Assembly (NCBI RefSeq): GCF_009914755.1
Contig: NC_060930.1
Origin: the human T2T-CHM13v2.0 reference genome, Homo sapiens
DNA: 64,000 nt
Strand: one strand, 5' to 3'
The position numbers and the translations under genes were made by a program. The notes under the pieces are model-generated. The model ran no database searches. It saw only the letters and a list, made by a program, of their open reading frames with translations, and had not been told where the DNA came from. Positions 17,055-33,499 of this stretch are shown in pieces (within the stretch, counting starts at the first letter, position 1; every line of letters begins with the position of its first letter).

Positions 17055-17281
17055 TATTTATTCTTTAAAATTAGATTTATAGTGTGAGTCCAACTATTTT
17101 TCTAACTATACAGTAAAAAGACTAAAAAAAATAAGCAAAATGTTAATTGTATGTATCTCTGAATAGTGGGATCACTTAACATTAAGGATTTTAATTTTCT
17201 TCTATTTTCTCCATTTTCCAAATTTTCTACAATGATTAAACACTACTTTTAAAATAAAAAACACAGTTTTTAAAAATTATA

Positions 17282-17590
17282 GGCCAGGCACGGTGGCTCA
17301 CACCTGTAATCCTAGCACTTTGGGAGGCCGAGGCGGGTGGATCACCTGAGGTCAGGAGTTCAAGACCAGCTTGGCCACGATGGTGAAACCTCATCTCTAC
17401 TAAAAAAAAAAAATACAAAAATTAGCTGGACGTGGTGGCAGGCACCTGTACTCCCAACTACTTGGGAGGCTGAGGCAGGAGAATCACTTGAACCCAGGGG
17501 GCGGAGGTTGCAGATCGAGCCACTGCACTCCAGCCTGGGGGACAGAGTGAGACTCTCTCTCAAAAAAAAAAAAAAAAAAAAAAAAAGAAA
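17282..17590 (+). mobile_element. AluS
   Basis: Dimer plus long A tail preceding the L1. Confidence 0.9.
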
Positions 17591-18489
17591 ATTTGGGGGA
17601 GGAGCCAAGATGGCCAAATAGGAACAGCTCCGGTCTACAGCTCCCAGCGTGAGCCACGCAAAAGATGGTGATTTCTGCATTTCCATCTGAGGTACCGGGT
17701 TCATCTCATTAGGGAGTGGCAGACAGTGGGCGCAGGTCAGTGGGTGTGCGCACCGTGCGCGAGCCGAAGCAGGGCGAGGCATTGCCTCACTTGGGAAGCG
17801 CAAGGGGTCAGGGAGTTCCCTTTCCGAGTCAAAGAAAGGGGTGACAGACGGCACCTAGAAAATCGGGTCACTCCCACCCGAATACTGCGCTTTTCCGATG
17901 GGCTTAAAAAACGGCGCACCACGAGATTATATCCTGCACCTGGCTCGGAGGGTCCTACCCCACGGAGTCTCGCTGATTGCTAGCACAGCAGTCTGAGACC
18001 AAACTGCAAGGCAGCAGCAAGGCTGGGGGAGGGGCGCCCGCCATTTTCCAGGCTTGATTAGGTAAACAAAGCAGCGGGGAAGCCCGAACTGGGTGGAGCC
18101 CACCACAGCTCAAGGAGGCCTGCCTGCCTCTGTAGGCTCCACCTCTGGGGGCAGGGCACAGACAAACAAAAAGACAGCAGTAACCTCTGCAGACTTAAAT
18201 GTCCCTGTCTGACAGCTTTGAGGAGAGCAGTGGTTCTCCCATCACGCAGCTGGAGATCTGAGAACGGGCAGACTGCCTCAAGTGGGTCCCTGACCCCCGA
18301 GCAGCCTAACTGGGAGGCACCCCCCAGCAGGGGCACACTGACACCTCACACGGCAGGGTATTCCAACAGACCTGCAGCTGAGGGTCCTGTCTGTTAGAAG
18401 GAAAACTAACAAACAGAAAGGACATCCACACCAAAAACCCATCTGTACATCACCATCATCAAAGACCATAAGTAGATAAAACCACAAAG

Positions 18490-19505
18490 ATGGGGAAAAA
18501 ACAGAACAGAAAAACCGGAAACTCTAAAAAGCAGAGTGCCTCTCCTCCTCCAAAGGAACGCAGTTCCTCACCAGCAACGGAACAAAGCTGGATGGAGAAT
18601 GACTTTGATGAGCTGAGAGAAGAAGGCTTCAGACGATCAAATTACTCTGAGCTACGGGAGGACATTCAAACCAAAGGCAAAGAAGTTGAAAACTTTGAAA
18701 AAAATTTAGAAGAATGTATAACTAGAATAACCAATACAGAGAAGTGCTTAAAGGAGCTGATGGAGCTGAAAACCAAGGCTCGAGAACTACGTGAAGAATG
18801 CAGAAGCCTCAGGAGCTGATGTGATCAACTGGAAGAAAGGGTATCAGCGATGGAAGATGAAATGAATGAAATGAAGCGAGAAGGGAAGGTTAGAGAAAAA
18901 AGAATAAAAAGAAATGAGCAAAGCCTCCAAGAAATATGGGACTATGTGAAAAGACCAAATCTATGTCTGATTGGTGGACCTGAAAGTGATGGGGAGAATG
19001 GAACCAAGTTGGAAAACACTCTGCAGGATATTATCCAGGAGAACTTCCCCAATCTAGCAAGGCAGGCCAACGTTCAGATTCAGGAAATACAGAGAATGCC
19101 ACAAAGATACTCCTCGAGAAGAGCAACTCCAAGACACATAACTGTCAGATTCACCAAAGCTGAAATGAAGGAAAAAATGTTAAGGGCAGCCAGAGAGAAA
19201 GGTCGGGTTACCCTCAAAGGGAAGCCCATCAGACTAACAGCGGATCTCTCGGCAGAAACCCTACAAGCCAGAAGAGAGTGGGGGCCAATATTCAACATTC
19301 TTAAAGAAAAGAATTTTCAACCCAGAATTTCATATCCAGCCAAACTAAGCTTCATAAGCGAAGGAGAAATAAAATACTTTACAGACAAGCAAATGCTGAG
19401 AGATTTTGTCACCACCAGGCCTGCCCTAAAAGAGCCTGAAGGAAGCGCTAAACATGGAAAGGAACAACTGGTACCAGCCACTGCAAAATCATGCCAAAAT
19501 GTAAA
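18490..19505 (+). pseudogene. L1 ORF1p (disrupted)
   Basis: MGKKQNRKTGNSK start; premature TGA at 18817-18819; frameshift near 19436. Confidence 0.92.
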
Positions 19506-19552
19506 GACCATCAAGACTAGGAAGAAACTATATCAACTAACGAACAAAATAA

Positions 19553-23387
<3,835 letters not shown>

Positions 23388-24431
23388 ACAATGAGATCAC
23401 ATGGACACAGGAAGGGGAATATCACACTCTGGGGACTGTTGTGGGGTGGGGGGAGGGGGGAGGAATAGCATTGGGAGATATACCTAATGCTAGATGACGA
23501 GTTAGTGGGTGCAGCGCACCAGCATGGCACATGTATACATATGTAACTAACCTGCACAATGTGCACATGTACCCTAAAACTTAAAGTATAATAATAAAAA
23601 AAAATTATATATATGTATTTTATGTAGATATATATTCACTATTATGCTTTTTAAATATGCAGAAAAAACATAGAAGAAAATATATTAAATTGTTTATAGT
23701 GGTTATGGCTGATGGGCTATGGTTTTTCTTATTCTAATTTTCTATTTTCTAACTTTCCTAGGAGAAATATGTACATTTATAATGAAAAAAAACAAACTAC
23801 ATTTTCATAAATAGAAGATAAAATTCTGTTATCCAAAATGAAAATCAGACTTTTTTTACATCTTTCAGAAATACAAGCTAAAAGATGGTTAAATCATCTA
23901 GTTTTCTAATATCTATTATATTTAACTGGTTCCAAAAGTGAACTTTTCAGAGAAGTGTAGTACCACAAATTATTTTTTAGGCCATGAATCTTGACACTTT
24001 AAAGTTTACTTTGAATTACAGAAAAACTGTTGTGTATGGGTAATACAGAGTTAACCAGGATAAACTGAATTGCCTTACTATTAAACCAAACCAGCAATAT
24101 ACAAATATTAAAATAATATACAAATATTAAAAATTTGGCTACTATCATTGACCTACCTGCAGAGCAAAAAGATTTCCAAATTATAAAGTACAATATACTG
24201 ATAATCCTAATTGGAGATGCTTTTTAATATATTAAGTAAACATGATTGCTCACTACTATAAATGTCTTATCTTTAATACCAAAATAAATCTTTCTTTAAT
24301 ACCTAAAACAGTGGAAAGGGTGGTAAGTTACTGACAATTCAGAGTAATAATTCCTTATTTTAGTTATCTCTAAGCCATTAAAAGCAGAATACATTAAATT
24401 ATTTCCATATTATCATAAAAATACTGCTTAC

Positions 24432-24502
24432 CTGCCCGTAACAAACTGTAAGAGAAGAACTCTCTCCTCTTGAGTAATGTCTTCTACAACTTCCCAGAAC
24501 CA
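24432..24502 (-). CDS. HACE1: HACE1 coding exon (~exon 22), 71 nt: WFWEVVEDITQEERVLLLQFVTG(S)
   Basis: Acceptor ttag|TGG, donor CAG|gtaagc; HECT C-lobe WFW...LLQFVTGS motif. Confidence 0.97.
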
Positions 24503-24780
24503 CTAACAAGAACAAAAAACTTAGCTCATATTTCAGAGCAATTGTAGACTTCTCAATACCAGAGAAATATGCAATATTCATAAAGCACATTTTATTCTAC
24601 AAAACTCGTTTACCAAAAATGATTTCATGCAAAGCTTTCATATGCACTATTCCCACAAGAATAATTTGGGTAAACACTTTACTTTGTTAATTAATGTAAG
24701 TTTTCATCCAATAGTGCTGAAAAGCTTACAAAATTAAACGGCAAAACTTAACTTCATTCTAAGCTCTAGAGAAATTTTAC

Positions 24781-24879
24781 CTGAATAACTGGATCTTCTC
24801 TTTCATAGCCACTTGTGTATTCTGTATTTTTTATCCAATCACTCACATCAATTTCTGGCATGCCAGAAAGCAGTAGCTC
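24781..24879 (-). CDS. HACE1: HACE1 coding exon (~exon 21), 99 nt: [33 protein letters not shown]
   Basis: Acceptor cccccaag|GAG, donor CAG|gtaaaa. Confidence 0.97.
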
Positions 24880-25704
24880 CTTGGGGGAAGAAGAAAAATA
24901 TTTCAATAATTTTCTTTAGGGAAAAAAGTTATTATATTTAAGTGGTAAATTTGCCATAATTAGAAACTAATCCCATGTAAAACTGATATATTTTTGTGAC
25001 AGTTCCTGCATGTCATCAACAACAAGCATTACATGAGAGAGAATCCTTGACGCTGATAATCTCAAATATTATAAGATGTGGAGATGTTTCCACATTGATA
25101 CAATTTCATTAAAACATAAGAGATTATAGTTTATATGTTTATGTGTGAACATATGCAACAACAGTTTATATGTGCAAAAGTTTTATGAACATTATCTTTG
25201 GTTTACTTTATATTTTTACAATTCTTTGCAATTTTGTTAACTTCTGTAAGGAGACAGTATTCTCAACATGAAAGTGACAACAAAGACCCGAATAAATACT
25301 TGACTAAACAAGGGGAAAGTCATCAAGAAATCATTATCATGAGGAAAAAGGAGGTAATATAAAAATAGTTACGATTTTTAAAAAAGATTTAGGCCTTTTA
25401 GGAATTCAATTCTGGAATAATTTGGATCCTGTAAAGTCAATTTTCTCCAAAGTCAAAAAAAATGCAATTTTCCTAATGACTTGATAGGTTTATTTTATCC
25501 AGGAAGATCATCAAAGACACAAAATCTCAATCGTATAAGTAAAAATGAAATTAAGAATGGCAAAGTATTTACCTTTTTGTTTTCCAAGGGAAAAGAGGAC
25601 ATGAAAAGAGCTTGTCCACTTCTCTGAATCAGTCCATATATCACAGTTAGAGATGCTTACATAGTCAGGGGAGGCAATGATTGGCCTACACTTTACACTG
25701 ATGA

Positions 25705-26021
<317 letters not shown>

Positions 26022-26139
26022 AGGATTTCTTATTACAGGGATGTAGATGCCCTGTGATTCAAAATCATGTCTCCTATAGTAAACTACTCATAACATATAC
26101 CTGACCTTGTACCTTAAATAAGATTGATATAAGGCAACA

Positions 26140-26560
26140 TCTGAGAACTCTTGAGGGTTTCCGAGATCTACTCAGTGGGTCCATGAGGTTCTCCCTTTTC
26201 CAACTTATCTGTATGAGGTTGAGTTTTCTTCATATATTTCAACCAAACAACATACCAAAACAGATTATACACAAAAGCAGTTGTAAGGGCCCATTTGTCT
26301 TCTACTAAGCTAGACATTAAAGAAATTTGCAAAACTGTTAAACAGTACCAGTCTTCCCACTGTTTCTGTTTTGTTCTGGAAAATGCAATTTTAGTTTTTC
26401 AAATGTTCTCTATGTTAATATAATAATGGATTATTTTATGTGAATAAAATATTTTACATTTCTGTTTTAATTTCAAGTAAATATCCATTGACATAACCCA
26501 CATAAACAAAAACTCTTTTGTTTTAAGGGGTCCTAAGACCAAAAAGTTTTAGAACTGCTA
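26140..26560 (+). mobile_element. hAT-Charlie-like DNA transposon fragment
   Basis: AAGCTAGACATTAAAGAAATTTGCAAAA and GGGGTCCTAAGACCAAAAAGTTTTAGAACTGCT resemble the Charlie1 end (from memory). Confidence 0.55.
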
Positions 26561-26639
26561 GTATAGGGTGTGTTTTAGTCCTATTCACAGTGTTATAGAA
26601 TCCTTTTCCTAGATGAAGACAGTCTAGTCTACATTGACC

Positions 26640-27072
26640 ACCCCCAAATACATTCTCTAGCTTCCTTTGCACTGCAGACTGGCTGCTTTGCCTGCTGGCT
26701 GTCTTGCCAGCTGGCTTTGGTTTGGGTTTGGAGCCTGGGAAACATAGGCAGTTAGTCTGGAGGTGAGGGTACTCTCTGCTCCCCCACTGCTTCAGCATCT
26801 CTTTGCAGTAGCTATGGCTCCTCAAGTATGGCTACCATCAGGTGGCCCCTCCTTGGTGGTTCAGGCTCCCACGGGGCTCTTCACAGTAATTCCTCTACCT
26901 GTCTCTTCAGTCCTAGGGATGATAAAGGCTTTCCCTGTTGCCAGTCTGTGGATGTCTCACTAGACATTGTTTATTCTTAACACTGCCCATACCTCTGTCA
27001 TAGTCCCTTTGTTAAAGTTTCGATATTTGAACCATCTGGAGAAATTCTGTTCCCTGGCAGGACTCTGATATA
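26640..27072 (-). mobile_element. Old ERVL-type LTR (LTR33-like)
   Basis: TTCTGTTCCCTGGCAGGACTCTGATA terminus resembles LTR33 (from memory). Confidence 0.4.
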
Positions 27073-27899
27073 GGTTTGCTAAAAGGGAGTGGGACAGGCT
27101 TTACGCATGTCTTACAATTCATGAGTTTAATCCTTTTCCCTTCTAGGCTGAAGATAAGCTTTCAATAATATTAAGTATGCTTTCAGTATTCATAATTATG
27201 AATAAAAATGACTAACATTATATTCTCTCAAGAAATTTGAAGCACTTCATGAATATCACATTAATTGTTACGATTTTTTTTCAAGAAGAAGAAAAAGAAA
27301 GGATCTTTATTATCCCATCTGGTTACTAAACTGACCAAAAACAAACAGATGAAATGAGAATTCCAGAATAAAATGTACATATTAAGAAAAATATTTTAAG
27401 CCCCAATCAATTTTTTTAATACAACAAAATAATTGAATTCATCTGTTGGAACTATGTGTAAGGTATATAACTCATACTAATAGTTAGAAACTGAATCATG
27501 AAAGTATTCATAGGCATCAGCTTACCTAGCATCACACGATTCAGTGTTTTTATATTCTGGTTCTATCATGGATAAATTCACAAGCAGCACAGTATGGAAG
27601 AACAGTCCACAGTCATCTCTTGATGCCTTCTGTCTACAATGGATGACTACACCTCCAGTTCAGTACACTGGAGCTACTCGATACCTTCTCCTCACTAAAA
27701 CTCTAGAATTTAACCTGAATCCTTTAACTCAGATGCACATCTAGTTTAGACGTTTGTACCAAATTTTTTAAAAGTTTCCTTTCTCAGTGCAGCATAGCCC
27801 TCCCCTATAAAAGACACAAAGTCACACAAAAAGTTCTAAAGCCAAGTCCCTCTGATTACTCATGCCACCAAGCAGCAGACTGGCAACAGTGATGGTATC

Positions 27900-28100
27900 T
27901 GGGGTCAGGGAACATGAGTTCATAGCCTATCACTAACACATGCTCTATGACCATGAACAAGTTCCATATCTTCTTTGGCCTAGTTTTCTCATCTGTAAAA
28001 TGGGGACAATAGTACTCACCTCAAGAGATTTTTTGTGAGCGTTTTTAAAGTTAATACATATAAAATACCTGGCAAATACTAAATGCTTAATAATTATTAT
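27900..28100. mobile_element. MIR
   Basis: Core AGTTTTCTCATCTGTAAAATGGG; similar MIR cores at ~3900, ~47230, ~56580, ~59750 and ~63470. Confidence 0.65.
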
Positions 28101-28229
28101 TATCACTGTATAAATCAAGACCATGCCTACAATGTTGCTCTTCCCAAATGTGAATCAGCTCAACTTAGTAAAGTCAGAGTCCAAGACAAACTAGGAACCT
28201 GATCTAAATTTTAATGTAAGAGCCACAAT

Positions 28230-29330
28230 TAAAAACTTACCAGTAACAGACCTAAATGTGAAAGATAAAGGAATAAAGCTTTTAAAAGAAAACACAGAAA
28301 AATATCTTCACAGCCTTGGAGTAAGAAACAGTTTCTAAAACAGGACACAAAAAGCTTCTTCCATCAAAAAAAACAAAACAAAACAAAAAAAACTGATAAA
28401 CTGAACTATGTTAAACCCCAAAATTTTTATTCACTGAAAAGACCTGAGTAGAAAATATTCATAATACATATATCTGATAAAAGACTCTTATAAAAGAATT
28501 CATAAAGAGTCCTACAAATCAGTAAAAAGAAAAAAAAAACACAATAGAAAAGTGGGCAAATTACTTAAATAGACACTTTGAAAACAGTACACAAATGGCT
28601 ATAATCATAAAAGGTGTGTAACTTCATTAGCTATCAGGTAAATACAAATTAAAATCTCAAGGAAAGACCACTACTGAATTACCAGAATGGAAATGAAAAA
28701 GATGGAAAATTATCAAATGCTAGTGAGAATGCAGAACACCCAGAACTCTCACACCTCCTAATGGGAGTGTAAACTGATGCATCACTTGAGAAACTATCTG
28801 CTCCTATCTACTGAAATGGGGTACATGCACAGCCTATGTCCCAGCAATTCCACTCCAAGGCATATAACCTACAGAATGCAAACTTATGTTTTCCTAAAGG
28901 CATGTTTATAGCAGCAGTACTTGAAAGAGCCTGAAACTGAAAAGTACCCACTAAATGTTCATCAAGAGTAGAAAAGACTAAAGGAAACTGAAATGCTATA
29001 CAGCAATTAAAATGAACAAATTACCAACTGCATGCAACAATATGTATGATTCCCACAAACAAAAACTTGAGCTAAGAAAGCCAGATACATTCTATTTACA
29101 TAATTCTAAAATAGGCGAATCTCGTCTATGATTTTAGAAGTCAGGAGAATGGTTACCCTTAAGGTGGGAGAATGACTGGAGGGAGATGACAGAGTGACAT
29201 ATGGGGTGCTAGAATTTCTGTTTCTTCATCTGGGTGTTAGTTTCATGGGTATGTTCAGTTTGTTAAAACTTATCAAGCTATACATTTATGATGTGTGTCC
29301 TTTTCTGCATGTATATCATAACCCAAAGTT
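28230..29330 (+). mobile_element. Old L1M (MC/MD-like) 3' fragment
   Basis: GACCTAAATGTGAAA, CCCAGCAATTCCACTCC and L1M 3'UTR motifs. Confidence 0.7.
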
Positions 29331-30552
29331 TTATAAACTTATTGATATCAGTAAATTACAAGGCAAAGTTTTCATCAATTATTTTTGTTGTTGCTATTTG
29401 TTTTTTACATACATATAGGTCCAGCAAATAACTAATGCTCTGTTTTGAATTTCAAAAGGCTAATTTAATCCAAGCACAGTACAGGAAAAGCCATATTTCA
29501 GTCAGGTCTAATAATATAATAGCTCAAATAGTCCTCCATTTTTAAATGCTGAAAATCACTTCTATTGTTACATAAAAACTAGACAAATCTATGCTAACTG
29601 AAGCCATTAACTGTACAGCTTAAAAACAATCAAAAAAACCTCAAAACTTACATTTAATGAAACTAAATCACAATGGACTTCAAAATTAATTAGCAAATTT
29701 TATTCACTATTATACTAAGATATACTATGAATGATAAATTAAAAATACTGATACATATGTAAAATTAAAGGTATATATCCGTATCTGTATCCATATACTA
29801 AAATGAAAGGCATGGGGTAAAACTAATTTTCTGAGACAGAATAAAAACTAAATAAAACATTTCCACTGATCTGGAACTTACTATTCCAAATTATATACTT
29901 TTAGGTAAGAAAGCAGCTATATGCTATTTAAAATACTGTGCTTTATTAAGATTTAGACAACTCAAAGAGTTTAAAAATAATTCTCCAAATTACCAAAACT
30001 AAAGAGAAAAAGAAAATAGAGAAAAATGCAGACATAAATCATATAAAATTAGAAATCCTGTTGGATCACAGTACAATAAAGGCAAATTAAAGTAGCAAAA
30101 CCAAACATTCATTAGGGACTAGAGGATGGCAAAGACGATGGACTCCATAGGTTTGAAATAAAGAATTATAAAATTATATATATGGCAATATAAGAAACTG
30201 GAGAAGACAATACTATACAATAAGAAAAACCTTCTTAATTCTTTTTAGAAGTTTAAGAAGTTAGTATCAGCGCCCTTTACGTCATGTGGTCAAATAAAAA
30301 ATTCAGAAATAATGTAGAATACTGTGTATATAGGAAGACTGGCCTTCAACATCTCCCATATAGAACAAACAGGAATATATTCCATTTTAGTTTGTCACCA
30401 CCTCACCTCACTTCACATTAAGGAGCTGCTTATCTGGTTATTAAGCTTAAGAGATGCTCATCCATAAATTTTATATTAAATCTCTAAAAATGGACATTAA
30501 ACCATTTTGTCTCATTTATAATTATTTCAGTCATCATAATACTCCACAATTA

Positions 30553-30771
<219 letters not shown>

Positions 30772-30859
30772 TCATGATGACTTTTCAAAAACCTTTTACA
30801 TACTTAATGTTAATATAATTATTTCTTATTTAAGAGGTAAAGGTTTAAAATAAAATTGA

Positions 30860-31590
30860 CACCAACACTCATACATCTCAGCAAATCAGCAAGCCACTAT
30901 TCACTAAGCTGTTGAGGAAAAAATTCCAGGGACTCAATCATCCATGACTTCTCTCACACCCTATTTCAGCTGATACTATCAGATCTACCTTTAAAAAAAT
31001 ATTCTCAATCTTATCTTGTCTCACTACCTCCATTTCAGCACCCCAGTCCAAGCTATCATCACTTCTCATCTGGATTACTGCAACATCTGGTGTCCCTGTT
31101 TCCATTTTTGCCCCTGTACTGATGCTTCTCCACATCTTAGCCAGAGTGATTTAAAAATATATATATGTGTATATACACATAGATATACATGTGTGTGTAT
31201 GTACATGTAAATAACTCAGATCCAGCAGCTCTCTTGCTCAAAACCCTATAATGACTTCTCATGACATCTGGAGTAACATCCAAATTCCTTTCCTGGTCTC
31301 TAAGGCCCTAAATGATCTGGCCTCTGCCTTGCTCTCTGATCTCACTTCTTTCCATTCTCCCCCTAGTTCATTCATTCACTCAATTCTAGTTTCACTGGCT
31401 TTCTGGCTATTCCCAAAACACAAGCTTGTCCGGGCCCCAATGTGTTTATACTTCTAGATCATTCTCACTGAAATGTCTCATTAGAATGTAATCTCTCTGC
31501 AGACAGGAACTTTGTTTTACCAGGATATATACCAACTTCTAAAAAGTGGCTGCCACTTTGAAAGTATTCAAAAAATATGTGAAGAATGAA
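30860..31590 (+). mobile_element. L2 fragment
   Basis: CTGGATTACTGCAAC, AAGGCCCTAAATGATCTGGCCTCTG; ends GAATGAATG. Confidence 0.65.
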
Positions 31591-31762
31591 TGCATACCAT
31601 CATCAAATTCACTTAACACATACTTAGAACTTGGTAAAATCATTCTTTGTAGCATAGTCAATTCAATTCTGAGTTAAGGTAATCTACATATTCACCCATT
31701 TTATTTTAAAATACGTGATAATCATAGAAAATATTGTTACTTAAAATTTAACTGGTAATAAG

Positions 31763-31930
<168 letters not shown>

Positions 31931-33499
31931 AATAACTGGTAATTTAAAAATGTATTTTGGCTTAGAACAAAATGAATTATATACAGAGAGAGAAAGAGTA
32001 TGTGCCTGTATACACATATAAACTATTAGGTTATCATTTATATATTTTTTAATTAGTTATAAGTGAAACTTTGTGAGTTAAAAACAATATGCTATAGCAG
32101 GTATATAGCTCCTACCTACTAGGAATTAATACTCTAACAGGGAAGAAACTCTGTTTTAGCCCTCTTCCTTTATTTTTTTTTTTTTGGCACTAATCTGATG
32201 CTCTGTTCAAAAACAAACAAACAAAAAAAACCAAACAAAAAAAAAAAACAGGGGAAAAAAAGACCAAAAAAAGGCACTGAGCCAGCAAGTTCTATATGAC
32301 TGCTAGCTATGAATTCTTCACAGCTCTCAGAGCTACAGAAGTGTCACAGTAGATTCCATACAGCTCTCCCGAAACCCTGTGTGGCTCCTTTTATAATTTA
32401 ACACAAGGAAAGCTACCATCTCTGCTATTCAATCTAGTCTCACCCCAAATTCCACTTCCCACCAACCAAAGGTGCAAGTTTTTCTCTACTATATAGGAAT
32501 TAATCAGCTACAAGTCACATACAGGTACTTATTATAGAGAGGGAGACAGAAATGTGTACCCAACAGTCAAACAGAAACATACACTAAATTTCTGGAGTCC
32601 AACCCGGGAAATAACATATATAAAATATTTCATAGTGATTACAGCAGTGATACCTGCATTAGCACATGACTATATTTCAGTTTATGTCTACTCTCACTAA
32701 AATTGTTCACTGGATGTACTAAAAGTTTTCTGCCCCATTCATATAATTAATTAATTATATATTATATTTTTTAAGATGCCAGGAAAGACCCTATTCTTCC
32801 CTAAAGAGACTTTTTCCCAAGAGGTTTTGGCTTTACCATCTTAAAGTGTGACTCAATAATCTCTGTGGAAGACCTTAACAAGTCATGAAGCATGAAAATA
32901 AAAGATTTATGACTTGCTCATGTGAACGTTACCTATTTTAATTGCATTCCATATCTATCAGAATAGTATATACTCTATTTTTTACCAATTAATTCCTATT
33001 ATTTCCTCCTACATTTTATTTTTTAATTAATTTTTACAAATATAATACTCTTTATCACACTTTTCCTTCCATTTATTTTAATATTTATTATTTTCCACAT
33101 GTATTTCAGTAACCCAGTTCATAGTTATTGATACCAATTTTTGAAAATCAGCTCCTTCACATCCCAGTCTTCATGCCAATTAAGTAATTCAAATGTGGAT
33201 GGCAGTTGAACTAAATTATTTTTCAATAAAATAATGAAATCCTAGCTATCATAAACACTTAATTTTTCAGTAATATAAGAGTTTTTCAAATACTTGAAAG
33301 AGCTGTGTTTAATGGAAAAATCTAAGTCGAACTGCTTCTAAAATGTTTCCCTGCCTCGCTAAACAGTACACCTTCAAACATAATAAAACAAATTAATATT
33401 ATCTTGACAATACAAATTTTACTATGAACACCCACTACTGTTGCCCAGTAACATTTCAAGTGTTCATGTTGTGTAGAAATACACTGGCTAAGGGTTCTA

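Noticed and set aside
27520-27535. Consensus-like minus-strand donor CTAG|GTAAGC
   Set aside because: No convincing paired acceptor or coding frame; such motifs are common by chance
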